This document shows positions 54,448-64,000 of a stretch of DNA of 64,000 nt, in pieces. Below the pieces are notes generated by a model. The model was given only the letters and a program-made list of their open reading frames with translations. It was not told where the DNA came from and did no database searches. The DNA comes from an uncultured Porphyromonadaceae bacterium. Lineage in GTDB: Bacteria > Bacteroidota > Bacteroidia > Bacteroidales > UBA12481. A program made the position numbers and the translations under genes. Position 1 is the first letter of the stretch. Each line of letters opens with the position of its first letter. The stretch covers positions 152,977 through 216,976 of the forward strand of contig CAZEKJ010000002.1 in the NCBI GenBank assembly GCA_964512915.1. The letters are read 5' to 3'.

Positions 54448-57400
54448 ATGAAGAGAATTATGTACTTGATAACCAGTGGCGCCCTGCTGGCGACCCTGGT
54501 GATTCTTTCAACTGCCTGTACGCAGGGAGTGAAAGTGAAGCAGGACGGCGATGTGGCGGTCCTTAAAAATGAGCTGGTGAGCCTGGATTTTAATCTGGCA
54601 ACCGGAACATACCGTATCCGGAACCTTAAGGACAATTCAACCCCGATCAGCGATGCGGTCCTCAGGATCAATAACTGGTCATCCGCCGCTGAAAACAACC
54701 GGATCATCTCCGAAAAACAAGCGGTTTCTGATGAGCTGGGCAAAGGGATGGCCCTGACCCTTAAAATCGAATCCGCCAATCAGCCGCTCATGATTTTCAG
54801 ATTTACCCTTTATGAAAACCAGGGATTTTTCACGGTATCGGGTGGAATAGAGAATACCACGGCCGAAACGGTGAAGGTTACGGAGATACATGCCCTGGCC
54901 GGAGGAAAGGCCTGGGATGGAACAACTTTCCCTGACAACTTTACCATGATAGACGGCTTCAGTGCCGGAGAACCCCTGGAATATGGCCAGAGGATCTATT
55001 CCCCACTAAGCAGGGAATACGCCCTTAAGTCGCGAAATAATATTCTCCTGACTTTCGGTGAGGGCCAGTCGCGGAGAACTCTGGTGATGGGGGGCCTCTC
55101 CTATACGGATTATGAGAAATTTGCTTCGCTGGAGCAGAGCCGGCAGGTGGAACTGGAAAAGGGCCCTGATGACAAAAGCAGCCTTCTGTGCTACCTGAAC
55201 CTGCCGGATGATCAGTCGGACATGGCGGCAGGCGGCGAAAAGCTGACGCTCGTTCAGGGCATGAAAAAACAGACCTGGCAGAACCATGAGTTCAGATGTA
55301 CCGAAACGGCAACCTCGGCCATGGACCCGGAGAGGATCATCCTGGATTTTAAGAACATCGATAGGATGAAGCCCTATTACCTCGGTTTTTCCTGGTGGAG
55401 AGGTTTAAGGCATGGAGATCGCAAAGACCACCGGCAGTCTGTTTATGTGGAGTTCGTTAAAGAGGGCAGGCTGACCAGGATCCCCCTGGTCGAAAACCAG
55501 TTGCTTCCACGGTTTGATGGCGTAAAAAAGGAGGATGTCGAACAGCTGGAATTACCAGTTCCCATTGAGGCTATCGAAGCAGGCGAATTTCAAGTAGTGG
55601 TGGAGCATGCGGCAGGGGATTATGAGAATAATGCCCGGGATCCCAATGTATACCTGAATGAGGTCTGGCTGCGGGATGGCAGATGCAAACCGCTTCTTAG
55701 AGATCAATTTACCCCGATTAACGAATGTGCCAGGCCAAGAAGGGCGCTCAAGGCCAGTCTGTTTGCATTGGATCCGGTGGGTAAAAGAGTGGATGCGGGA
55801 ACGACATATATACCTGAGGATAAATTTTATTTCGATGTAACGACAGCCGATCCTTTTGAAGCGCTGGAACAGTATGGAAGGCTTGTTAGCCGTGCCCAGC
55901 ACATCGAACTGAGTATGTATGATTTCCCCTCGGTCTGCCTCTGGTACGCTGAGGTTGGCGGGTATGGGGGTGGAGCGGCAAAAAATAACACCGCCGGCGC
56001 GGTCACTGAGATGAAACTTATCTCCGAAAGCGGTTTTCTTAAGTATAGCCGGGCCGCTGTGCGCCTGGTGCCTGATTCCTATATGCCCAACAACCAGCAG
56101 GGGTGGTGGGACGACAAACACTGGCAAATGGCGGAAACGGATCTGAATGCCAGTCAGAACGGTCGATACGTTGAGCCTTACGAAACATCTGAAAAATGGG
56201 GTAAGGCGGTGACCAATCTAGGCGGAATACCCCTAACCTATTTTCAAACCGGATTCAGGTCGGAAGATTATGCAAAGGCTTTCCCCGGACATATGCTCTT
56301 CAACAAAACCTACGCCTGGAGAGGGGAACCGCAGGATACAGCGGGTGAATTGTTTACATCGTGGAGGCAAGCCTGGACAAGGCCCAGAGTCGTGTGGGGG
56401 TATGATTATACAGATCCGGAATTTCTTGACCACATGAAGGATGTATATAAAAACCTTGCTTCTGGAGGCATCAAGGGACTGATGTTTGATTACCCGTTCT
56501 CGGGATGGGCTTCGGGAGGCGGCCTGGAGGATCAGTATTCAACTACAGCAGCTGCATACAGGAATATCTTCCGCCTGCCATACGAAGGACTTGGACCGGA
56601 ATCCTATGTGGATGAGCGCAATATGGAGAGGGGTAGTGATGTTTCAATTGGCTATGTGGCTTCCATGCGGACGGAGAATGATACGGATATGATGGATTCT
56701 ATTACTGTTACCCGATGCGGACTGCGCTGGTATAAAAACCGGGTGCTCTATAACCAGGACACGGATTCAAAAAATATAGCACGCCTGCAGGGAAACCGGG
56801 ATCATGTCCGCACCGTCCTCACCATGGCTTATGTGACCACGGGCCGGTTCCTGCTGGCCAACAGCTTTTCCCAATTCTCGGATGAAACATACCATGACCT
56901 TACCCGCACATTTCCTTATCATGCGGAGAACAGATCGGCCAGGCCGATCGATGCCTTCGCAAGTGGGTATCCGAAGGTGTACGATTTCAGGGTTAATGAT
57001 GGATGGCACCAGCTGACATTTTTTAATGGCGATGATCAGAATGAAAAAAGCATCGGCATCAATCTGGCCGGCGAAGTCGTGGAGGGCTGCCTGGGACTGG
57101 ATCCTGAGAAGACCTATTATGTATATGATTTTTGGAATGATCATTTTATCGGCATTTTGAAGGGTTCAGACCGGCTGGAGCAGAGCCTTAGGCCGGGAGA
57201 GTCGCGTATGATGTCGGTGAGGGAAGTCTTACCTCATCCCCGGGTGCTCTCTGTAAACCGTCATGTAATGCAGGGTTACCTTGACATGGAGGATGAGAAA
57301 TGGAGCAATGGAAGGAAAATCCTGTCGGGAACCAGTAAAGTGGTCGGAGGTGATCCCTATCTCATCAGCATTGCCCCCAATGGTTTTGCACCGGAGAAGG

Positions 57401-57519
57401 CATCCTCTTCGAACCCGGATGCACGGATTTCCTGGTTCAAAGGCGACGATGGATTGGTAAAAATCAAAATCGAATCGCGAGTAAACGCCACTGTTAAATG
57501 GCAGCTCGCTTGTAACTAA
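54448..57519 (+). CDS. large secreted protein, possible glycoside hydrolase (melibiase/alpha-galactosidase-like TIM barrel)
   Basis: It has a signal with lipobox (LVILSTAC). The central region GGIKGLMFDYPFSGW...YVDERN resembles the catalytic barrel of GH36/GH27-like enzymes. The functional call is tentative. Confidence 0.4.
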   Translation: MKRIMYLITSGALLATLVILSTACTQGVKVKQDGDVAVLKNELVSLDFNLATGTYRIRNLKDNSTPISDAVLRINNWSSAAENNRIISEKQAVSDELGKGMALTLKIESANQPLMIFRFTLYENQGFFTVSGGIENTTAETVKVTEIHALAGGKAWDGTTFPDNFTMIDGFSAGEPLEYGQRIYSPLSREYALKSRNNILLTFGEGQSRRTLVMGGLSYTDYEKFASLEQSRQVELEKGPDDKSSLLCYLNLPDDQSDMAAGGEKLTLVQGMKKQTWQNHEFRCTETATSAMDPERIILDFKNIDRMKPYYLGFSWWRGLRHGDRKDHRQSVYVEFVKEGRLTRIPLVENQLLPRFDGVKKEDVEQLELPVPIEAIEAGEFQVVVEHAAGDYENNARDPNVYLNEVWLRDGRCKPLLRDQFTPINECARPRRALKASLFALDPVGKRVDAGTTYIPEDKFYFDVTTADPFEALEQYGRLVSRAQHIELSMYDFPSVCLWYAEVGGYGGGAAKNNTAGAVTEMKLISESGFLKYSRAAVRLVPDSYMPNNQQGWWDDKHWQMAETDLNASQNGRYVEPYETSEKWGKAVTNLGGIPLTYFQTGFRSEDYAKAFPGHMLFNKTYAWRGEPQDTAGELFTSWRQAWTRPRVVWGYDYTDPEFLDHMKDVYKNLASGGIKGLMFDYPFSGWASGGGLEDQYSTTAAAYRNIFRLPYEGLGPESYVDERNMERGSDVSIGYVASMRTENDTDMMDSITVTRCGLRWYKNRVLYNQDTDSKNIARLQGNRDHVRTVLTMAYVTTGRFLLANSFSQFSDETYHDLTRTFPYHAENRSARPIDAFASGYPKVYDFRVNDGWHQLTFFNGDDQNEKSIGINLAGEVVEGCLGLDPEKTYYVYDFWNDHFIGILKGSDRLEQSLRPGESRMMSVREVLPHPRVLSVNRHVMQGYLDMEDEKWSNGRKILSGTSKVVGGDPYLISIAPNGFAPEKASSSNPDARISWFKGDDGLVKIKIESRVNATVKWQLACN

Positions 57520-59123
57520 TTCTTCTGTTTACGCGACAGGATTCTTTTCGCAGCCAGCCTGCCCGTAAGAATTGACATGGGCACACCCGCAGGGCTGTAA
57601 GTCCACTGTCCGGCCTGAAAGATGGAAGGAATGGGTGTCACAACTGCACTGTTTGCAGCCTGGATCTTATGGATGACCGGAATGGGCTGCTGGAAGGACC
57701 ATCCGGTGATCGCCCCTTCCGAACTGCCAACCCTGTTCGCATAGCTCAGGGGCGAGAAAGAGAAGCGGCCCATGATCTTGTCCTTCAGCATTGGATAGAC
57801 CGAACCGGCAAGGACCTTGATGATACGGTCCTCCATTTCAGTGATGAACTCTTTGTACCATCCTGCATCGGCAATCTTTTTAAACAGGTCATATTCAGCC
57901 AGTATGCTGATAATCAGTCCAGTCTTGCCTTCAGGCACCAGGTCGGGATCCTTGAGGCCCGGAATGGAAATTTCAAAGGTATTCAGGCTAATGAACCTGT
58001 CGAGCCACACCAGGATCTTTTCCCTGTCAGGTTCCCCGGGTGCAGCCAGAATCCCGTTCAGCTCGCTCCAATGTGTTTCTCCCAATCCCTGTTTCGAAGG
58101 AGAATAGAAGAAGTGTCCGTTTGCAATAGCCTGAAAATGCTCCAAGGGTTCGTCCACCTGGAGATAAAGGGTGAAAACGGAATCCCCGCCGCGTTTTTCC
58201 AGCAGGCGGTTTTTCCTCTTTTCAAATTTCGACCGGATTTTGGCGGAGAGACCTGACGTATCAGTGATCCGATAAAATGTTTTCAGATCAGCCGCCCAAA
58301 CCAGGTTTTCATAGGCATAGCCGACGTTGTTTTTATCGGTTACAATGCGTTCGCTGGCCGATACCTTTTCAATGATGGTTTCCCGCCTGATTTCGCCCCC
58401 CAGCTCAAGGAACTTCTTCTCGACAACACCGGCCAGCCTGCCCACGCCTCCCTTAGGATAGAAATAATCCAGGTAAAGCGAAAAGTAGCTCAGTGCAAAA
58501 AAAGCGGGGGTATTCTTGAAGAAATGCTGTGAGATCATGTCTCTCAGGGAGCGGTTTTTTACGATTTTCTCGAGATAGGGTTCCACCGGCATGCTCATCC
58601 GGTTAATCCTGATGATGGTCAGGATGAATTTGGGCAGCCATGGAAGGAGGACCTTAAGCAGGTATTCTCGGTCGCCGAACATGTCCTTGAAATTGGGATT
58701 TTCCACCCCGTAAAGGACATCCATGTTTTTCATCACTTTCCGGATGATCCGGAGCACCTCATCGATTTCGGCTTCACTTTCCGGATAAAACCGCTTCAGG
58801 AGGTTGCCGTATTCCTTCAGGCTGTTAATGTCCTCAACATGCAGGATGTCATTTCCGATCCCCACGGAGACCTTGCTTTTAACCACCTCGAGTTCAACAC
58901 CCAGTTCCTTCAGCATGGGGAAAATGGTTCCGGCATTTTCCAGAGCCCGGATTCCGGCTTCAAACTGAAAACCGTCGCGCGAAAAAGAATTTACCAGGCC
59001 GCCGCATTCATGATTTTTCTCGATCAGGAGAACACTCTTGCCCTCCTTGGCCAGAAAAGCGGCGCTGGTGAGTCCGGCCATTCCTCCGCCGACGACAACC
59101 GTGTGGTATCTTTTTTCCGCCAT
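57516..59123 (-). CDS. FAD/NAD(P)-dependent oxidoreductase, phytoene-desaturase (CrtI) family
   Basis: The N-terminal dinucleotide fold is YHTVVVGGGMAGLTSAAFLAKEGKSVLLIEKNHECGG. Length and C-terminal region are typical of CrtI-like enzymes. Confidence 0.75.
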   Translation of the reverse strand: MAEKRYHTVVVGGGMAGLTSAAFLAKEGKSVLLIEKNHECGGLVNSFSRDGFQFEAGIRALENAGTIFPMLKELGVELEVVKSKVSVGIGNDILHVEDINSLKEYGNLLKRFYPESEAEIDEVLRIIRKVMKNMDVLYGVENPNFKDMFGDREYLLKVLLPWLPKFILTIIRINRMSMPVEPYLEKIVKNRSLRDMISQHFFKNTPAFFALSYFSLYLDYFYPKGGVGRLAGVVEKKFLELGGEIRRETIIEKVSASERIVTDKNNVGYAYENLVWAADLKTFYRITDTSGLSAKIRSKFEKRKNRLLEKRGGDSVFTLYLQVDEPLEHFQAIANGHFFYSPSKQGLGETHWSELNGILAAPGEPDREKILVWLDRFISLNTFEISIPGLKDPDLVPEGKTGLIISILAEYDLFKKIADAGWYKEFITEMEDRIIKVLAGSVYPMLKDKIMGRFSFSPLSYANRVGSSEGAITGWSFQQPIPVIHKIQAANSAVVTPIPSIFQAGQWTYSPAGVPMSILTGRLAAKRILSRKQKN

Positions 59124-59135
59124 AGCGACTTAAAG

Positions 59136-60089
59136 TTAGGCGAAAATATCCTGCATTCCGGTCATTTCCAGTGTTTTTGTCCAGAGTTGATGTGCAGCTT
59201 CCTTGTCCAGCGCGGGAGGGGCGGGCTCTTCCATCGTGGTAAGATTGAAAAACTTGCCGCTCACTCCTTCCATCTCTTTTGAAACCCCGAGGTAGTAGAT
59301 CGATTCCGATGATATTTCGGTAGGCCTCAGCATCCGGTCGTAAAAATGCTTCTTTATCCAGCGGTAAAAGGCACCGTTTTCCTGGCCGGTCTCTGACCTG
59401 ACAGCCCCCGGGTGCATGGCATTGATCGTTACGCCCGAGGAACTGAAGCGATCGGCAAATATCAGCATGGATTGCAGCTGCGCCAGCTTGGCCGATCCAT
59501 AGCTCTTCAATCCTGTATAGCGGTGTTTTTCCCAGTTCAGATCATCCAGCTGCAATCCCCAGGGGACAAAACGATGACCCTCAGAACTGACCAGGATGAT
59601 TCTGGCTCTCTCCTGGGATTTCAACTTTTCGCTGAGGAGGTTATTGATCATGAATGAAGAAAGGTAGTGTACCACCAAAGTCTTTTCTATTCCGTCACGG
59701 GTCATTTCCCGTTTGGTGAGATAAACGCCCGCATTATGGATCAATACGTCAATCGGTCTTTCAACCTTTAGAAGTTGTGCCGCGGCATTCCGAATATCAC
59801 TCAGATTGCTCAGGTCGGCAATGATATACCGACAGCTGACCCCCCATTCCCTTTCGATCTCCTCCTTCAGTTTGGCACTCTTCTTCTCGTTCCGGTTAAT
59901 GCAAAGCAGGTCGGCTCCCCGGGAGGCGAACTTTTTGGCCGTAATATACCCGATTCCTGATGTTGCTCCGCTGATCACAACGAGCCGGCCCTTATAATCA
60001 TCCGTGCAGATCTTCGGATTCCGGCTGTTGTTCCGGATCATTGCCGAAATATTCGAGACCTTATACTCATTAAAATATTTTGGTAGCAT
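59136..60089 (-). CDS. short-chain dehydrogenase/reductase (SDR)
   Basis: VVISGATSGIGYITAKKF (TGxxxGxG), NAG (IHNAGV) and the catalytic YGSAKLA (YxxxK) are present. Confidence 0.85.
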   Translation of the reverse strand: MLPKYFNEYKVSNISAMIRNNSRNPKICTDDYKGRLVVISGATSGIGYITAKKFASRGADLLCINRNEKKSAKLKEEIEREWGVSCRYIIADLSNLSDIRNAAAQLLKVERPIDVLIHNAGVYLTKREMTRDGIEKTLVVHYLSSFMINNLLSEKLKSQERARIILVSSEGHRFVPWGLQLDDLNWEKHRYTGLKSYGSAKLAQLQSMLIFADRFSSSGVTINAMHPGAVRSETGQENGAFYRWIKKHFYDRMLRPTEISSESIYYLGVSKEMEGVSGKFFNLTTMEEPAPPALDKEAAHQLWTKTLEMTGMQDIFA

Positions 60090-60107
60090 TCTCCTCCTTA
60101 TCGGTCA

Positions 60108-60542
60108 TCATCCGAATTTCTTGTGCACGAACCTCCTGTAAGCCTTTCCAAACCTGGGAATATTGTCGAAAATATCTCCCCAGAGATCATAATAATCCCG
60201 CTGCACCATGATCTTTCCCTCATCATTCAGGGTAACCCGGCTCGAGCCATATACGATGGAACGCGGTCTGTTTTTGAAGACAATCGTCATTTCCCATTCA
60301 ATGAAGATATCCTTGCCGTTCTGGGCGGTCCTGAGAATTTCCATCGTCAGGTCGTTGGAACGGGCTGTCAGCCTCTCGGTCATGGCCGTAAATTCCTTCT
60401 TTCCCCGGATCTCCTGGATTGTGTCCCTGAAATAGACATCGTCAGCGTAATAAGGGAGGATATGGGACCAGTCGGGTTTCCCTTCTGTATTGTAGGTTTT
60501 GGACCATAGCTCCTTGATGGTCTCTGCGTTTACTTCCATCAT
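60108..60542 (-). CDS. SnoaL-like / NTF2-fold protein
   Basis: This 144-aa protein has the alpha+beta cone pattern (YADDVYFRDTIQEIRGKKEF...WEMTIVF...). The assignment rests on size and pattern only. Confidence 0.45.
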   Translation of the reverse strand: MMEVNAETIKELWSKTYNTEGKPDWSHILPYYADDVYFRDTIQEIRGKKEFTAMTERLTARSNDLTMEILRTAQNGKDIFIEWEMTIVFKNRPRSIVYGSSRVTLNDEGKIMVQRDYYDLWGDIFDNIPRFGKAYRRFVHKKFG

Positions 60543-60608
60543 TGTATATCCTGTGCCGGATTACCCGGCTTTTCTGTCATTATGGATTTGGTTATCAGGT
60601 AATGAGTT

Positions 60609-61466
60609 TTACTTAGAAAGGAATTCCGGTTCTTTGGGGAAGATTTTATCCCGTATCTGCATGAGCTCCTCCTGAGTATCAATGGCCGGGTCGATCGGAA
60701 CCAACAATACCGGGCTCAATCCCATATCCGGATGCTGAATTGAATTGGAGCTCTGTCTTAATATTTTTTTGGAAGCACCGACAACGAACTGTTCCGATTG
60801 GTCAATCACATATCCGCTTATGGTGCCGTTATTGTTTAGCGTCAGGAAATTGGTGAATATTTCCCTTCTCGTGATATAGATTTCACCCTTAAAAAAATTC
60901 CCCACACTGATTTTTACAGTAACTCCGGGATGACCGTCCTGGTCGGGATCTGTCAGATTGGGGTCGTTGGGATCCTTCGATAGCGGTTGTGAAGGGTCGC
61001 CGTTGATGCCGAGGAGTGTTGGGGTTGGGGGCCGGTAAATATGCCATCTTCCGTTTTTCAGAGTTAAGTCAACTTCCTGAACACGGGGCTTGATGGCCTG
61101 TACGGCTTCGTCGCTGAATTCCGATTTGGCATTTTTGTTGCTTAATTTTTGTTCAGCGTGCAAAAACCGGTCCCGCTGCATAAGCTTTCCGTTTTCCAGG
61201 TAAAAATCAGTAAACCCGTACGAAATGATAAAGGTCCGCATCGTGGTTTTTGTAGTGGTGTCTTCGTAAGCCACCACATCATAGTGGGCATAATGCCCCA
61301 CGATTTTTTTCCTGGCGCTTTCAAGATCTGCTGGTTGATTGGTATCCGGCTCACCCTGATCGAAATGATACAAGGGGGATTCCGGCCAGTCCAATGGCTT
61401 GGAACAAGCGTTAAGCAAGAGTAGAACGGTGAGAAATCCCAAACTTAATTTTCCCTTTTGCAGCAT
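60609..61466 (-). CDS. hypothetical lipoprotein
   Basis: MLQKGKLSLGFLTVLLLLNAC is a signal with lipobox from ATG 61466. No catalytic motif was recognised. Confidence 0.55.
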   Translation of the reverse strand: MLQKGKLSLGFLTVLLLLNACSKPLDWPESPLYHFDQGEPDTNQPADLESARKKIVGHYAHYDVVAYEDTTTKTTMRTFIISYGFTDFYLENGKLMQRDRFLHAEQKLSNKNAKSEFSDEAVQAIKPRVQEVDLTLKNGRWHIYRPPTPTLLGINGDPSQPLSKDPNDPNLTDPDQDGHPGVTVKISVGNFFKGEIYITRREIFTNFLTLNNNGTISGYVIDQSEQFVVGASKKILRQSSNSIQHPDMGLSPVLLVPIDPAIDTQEELMQIRDKIFPKEPEFLSK

Positions 61467-61689
61467 AATTATCCAACTGAACGGAAACGAAATTAGCAAA
61501 ATAGCAATGTTGTTAACGATTTTGACAAAGTATTGTTCAAGTCCGGCTCTTTAGGAGGTGCAATAAAACTTGTCGGGAATGATTCCAGGCGAAAAGTCCT
61601 CTGTTCACCGGCATTTTTGATTGCATTTACCGGTTTTCGAATGCCTGTATTAAGGGCGGCGGATACTTTAGCAGCAAAATCAAGCAAAC

Positions 61690-63180
61690 ATGAAAAAGAG
61701 AGTAATTGTAATTGGCGGCGGAGTGGCCGGGTTGTCGGCCGGAATCTATTCTGCCATGAACGGTTTTGATTCCGAAATCCTGGAGATGCATTCCGTTGCG
61801 GGCGGGCAATGCACGGCATGGGACCGCAAGAAATACCGGTTCGATTATTGCCTTCACTGGCTGGTGGGAACCTCAAAGGGCGCTTTCCATGAAATCTGGA
61901 AGGAAACCAACGTTCTAAACAGCGAAACGCAGATTGTCAACCATGAGATTCATTCAAGGATACTCGACCCGCAAGGGAACGAGTTCTATATCTATTCAAA
62001 CATCGACCGATGGGAAAAATACCTGCTCGAAATCGCCCCTGAAGATAAAATCCCGATCCAAAAGATGTGCAGGGATATGCGCAAGAGTGCCCTGCTGGAG
62101 CCCTTCGCACTGGCTCCGGAACTGCGCAATCCGCTGGATTATATCCGGATACTGCCAACCATGCTGCCGGTTGCCAACGTGGTCAGGAAATTCGGCCGGT
62201 TAACCTGCAGGGAATATTTTGATCAGCTGAACTTTAAAAACAAAAGAATCAAAACCGTTTTTTACTCCCTGTACGGCGACCGGAACTTCTCGGCCCTGGC
62301 CTTTATTTTCATGCTCGGCTGGTTCCATCAGAAAAATGCCGGATATATCATTGGAGGCTCGTATCCGCTGGCACAGCGAATGGTGGAAAAGTTTGAAAGC
62401 CTCGGTGGCAAACTGTCCTGTAAGACGAGAGTCGAAAAAATCATGGTTGAGAACGATGTGGCACAGGGAGTTATCCTGACCGACGGAACCCGGATCCCTG
62501 CCGATTATGTCATAAGTGCCGCAGATGGATTTTCCACCATCTATAAAATGCTGGATTCGAAATACGTTTCGAAGCAGATTGACTTTGCCTATAAGAACTG
62601 GGAACTATTTACCCCGATCGTTCAGGTCTCGTTTGGCATCAATCAGACCATAAAAGCAGAGGAACCGATTTTCATCAACCTGGCAAAGGACCTGATGATC
62701 GGCCGGACCCAACTCGAATATGGGTATAACATCATGAATTATTCTCATGATCCAACCATGGCTCCCGTGGGAAAAACCACCATCGTGTTACGCTTTGAGA
62801 GTCCGTGGAAGGTATGGAAGAATCTGGAGGGAGAGGAATATAAGCAGGAAAAGGCTCAGATTGAGAAGGATGCGACTGCTTTGCTGGAGAAGGAATTTCC
62901 GGGTATTGCACCGTTCATCGAAGTGGTGGATGTAGCGACTCCAAAGACCGATGTGAAATATACGGGAGTAAAGAATGGCGCCTATGAAGGATTCATGCCC
63001 TCCAGGGAGAACATGATGAAATCGTTGAAAATGAAGCTGCCGAAACTACGGAATTTCTACATGGCCGGCCAGTGGCTGTTCCCGGGCGGCGGGCTGCCCC
63101 CTTCGGCACAGACCGGGAAATGGGCGGTTCAGCTGATCTGCAAACAGGAAAAACGGACGTTTGTGTCTTCCCGGGAATAA
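61690..63180 (+). CDS. FAD/NAD(P)-dependent oxidoreductase, phytoene-desaturase (CrtI) family
   Basis: It starts KRVIVIGGGVAGLSAGIYSAMNGFDSEILEMHSVAGGQ and has a C-terminal ...FYMAGQWLFPGGGLP, typical of this family. Confidence 0.75.
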   Translation: MKKRVIVIGGGVAGLSAGIYSAMNGFDSEILEMHSVAGGQCTAWDRKKYRFDYCLHWLVGTSKGAFHEIWKETNVLNSETQIVNHEIHSRILDPQGNEFYIYSNIDRWEKYLLEIAPEDKIPIQKMCRDMRKSALLEPFALAPELRNPLDYIRILPTMLPVANVVRKFGRLTCREYFDQLNFKNKRIKTVFYSLYGDRNFSALAFIFMLGWFHQKNAGYIIGGSYPLAQRMVEKFESLGGKLSCKTRVEKIMVENDVAQGVILTDGTRIPADYVISAADGFSTIYKMLDSKYVSKQIDFAYKNWELFTPIVQVSFGINQTIKAEEPIFINLAKDLMIGRTQLEYGYNIMNYSHDPTMAPVGKTTIVLRFESPWKVWKNLEGEEYKQEKAQIEKDATALLEKEFPGIAPFIEVVDVATPKTDVKYTGVKNGAYEGFMPSRENMMKSLKMKLPKLRNFYMAGQWLFPGGGLPPSAQTGKWAVQLICKQEKRTFVSSRE

Positions 63181-63205
63181 TATCCGGGATGGGGGTGCAT
63201 TTTTT

Positions 63206-63316
63206 TTAACCACACCAGGCACAGTATAACACAATAGATAGAAATGCTAATTTAGCATAGGAGTAGGCGCCCATTTTATTGCCTTCTATTGTGTCCTACT
63301 GTGCCTATGTGGTTAA
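63206..63316. repeat. nested inverted repeat (about 31-bp arms around a 7+1+7 palindrome)
   Basis: TTAACCACACCAGGCACAGTATAACACAATAG (63206-63237) pairs with CTATTGTGTCCTACTGTGCCTATGTGGTTAA (63286-63316). The centre contains ATGCTAATTTAGCAT. Confidence 0.7.
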
Positions 63317-63355
63317 ATAATTGAATTCCGAAAAAACATCACGCGGATTAATGCC

Positions 63356-64000
63356 ATGGGAATGGTGAAAAGTAAAGTTCAGGCCAACTGGCTCACTATC
63401 GGAACGATAGGTGTATTCTTTTTCATTTTCGGATTTATTACCTGGCTCAATGGCATCCTCATTCCCTATCTGAAAATATCCTGCGAACTCAACCATTTTG
63501 AATCCTATCTCGTTGCCTTTTCATTTTATATCGCCTATGTATTGATGGCGATACCCTCCTCGTGGGTGCTGAAAAGGACCGGGTTAAAGGGCGGAATGAT
63601 GATCGGATTGTTTGTAATGGCTGCCGGGGCGCTGCTGTTTATTCCTGCCGCCTTCACCCGCACGTATCTCTTTTTCCTGTCGGGGCTTTTCATCATGGGC
63701 ACGGGGCTGGCCATCCTGCAGACGGCAGCCAACCCGTATATCACCATTCTGGGACCCATCGAAAGCGCCGCCCAGCGGATCAGCATCATGGGGATATGCA
63801 ATAAGTCGGCGGGCATTATTGCCACCTACCTGTTCGGCGTGATGGCCCTGAAGGATGGAGACGCCCTGCTGGCAAAGCTTTCATCGATGGACCTGGTCAG
63901 CAAGGCCGCTGCACTGGACGAACTGGCCTCGCGGATCATCATTCCTTATTTCGTGATGGCAGCTATCCTGATTCTGGTAGGCATCCTGGTGAAGATTTCC
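63356..64000 (+). CDS. MFS sugar transporter (glucose/galactose or FucP-type), 5' part, runs off the window
   Basis: The ATG 63356 frame is open to the window end: MGMVKSKVQANWLTIGTIGVFFFIFGFITWLNGILIPYLK...LKRTGLKGGMMIGL...LSGLFIMGTGLAILQTAANPYITILGP. It is absent from the ORF track because there is no stop in the window. Confidence 0.8.
   Translation, partial: MGMVKSKVQANWLTIGTIGVFFFIFGFITWLNGILIPYLKISCELNHFESYLVAFSFYIAYVLMAIPSSWVLKRTGLKGGMMIGLFVMAAGALLFIPAAFTRTYLFFLSGLFIMGTGLAILQTAANPYITILGPIESAAQRISIMGICNKSAGIIATYLFGVMALKDGDALLAKLSSMDLVSKAAALDELASRIIIPYFVMAAILILVGILVKIS

Noticed and set aside
54315-60509. Long ORFs antisense to or overlapping the GC-rich genes (for example 54315-54779, 55552-56127, 57669-58256, 60123-60509; also 21744-22205, 22368-22745 and 6601-7086 elsewhere)
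   Set aside because: They are shadow frames opposite strongly supported genes (glycosidase-like protein, CrtI-like, SnoaL-like, IS91 transposase, RND fragment). They have low-complexity Arg/Pro/Gly-rich composition and no motifs.

Overview
This is a mosaic, Bacteroidota-like chromosomal segment. About 1-53 kb is accessory DNA, visibly AT-rich in its cargo genes. It contains many intact and decayed mobile elements: IS3, an ISL3 fragment, IS630, IS66 remnants, two inverted copies of a tyrosine-recombinase plus IS91-like unit, and 211-bp MITE-like repeats. It ends at a tRNA(CAU) gene at 53.2 kb whose 3' end faces it. 53-64 kb is GC-richer, housekeeping-type DNA: an alpha/beta hydrolase, a large secreted glycosidase-like protein, two CrtI-type flavoproteins, an SDR, a SnoaL-like protein and an MFS sugar transporter. 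The accessory part carries the following. (i) A peptide-export locus with two proline-rich double-glycine-leader precursors, a C39-ABC exporter and HlyD, next to an XRE/UpxY/sigma/TPR/CHAT-protease set. (ii) A run of same-strand AT-rich cassettes separated by GC-richer imperfect palindromes: an AAA_13-like ATPase, an LRR-Roc-COR GTPase, a pair with a PD-(D/E)xK protein, a frameshifted DUF2726 gene, a five-gene TIR/SLOG/NUDIX operon, and a DUF262+HEPN pair. (iii) A decayed conjugative-element remnant with a radC pseudogene. (iv) A three-gene module of DNA methyltransferase, Ser/Thr-kinase-P-loop-ATPase fusion and an unknown protein. (v) Two secreted Cys-rich paralogs with a thioredoxin-fold protein and a 6-bladed beta-propeller lipoprotein. 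The strongest candidates for undescribed systems are the multi-TIR + SLOG + TIR-NUDIX operon (30.8-35.7 kb), which is Thoeris-like but has no recognisable ThsA effector, and the methyltransferase/kinase-ATPase module (44.1-48.8 kb). No rRNA genes or CRISPR arrays were seen. All family calls come from motifs read by eye, not from database searches.
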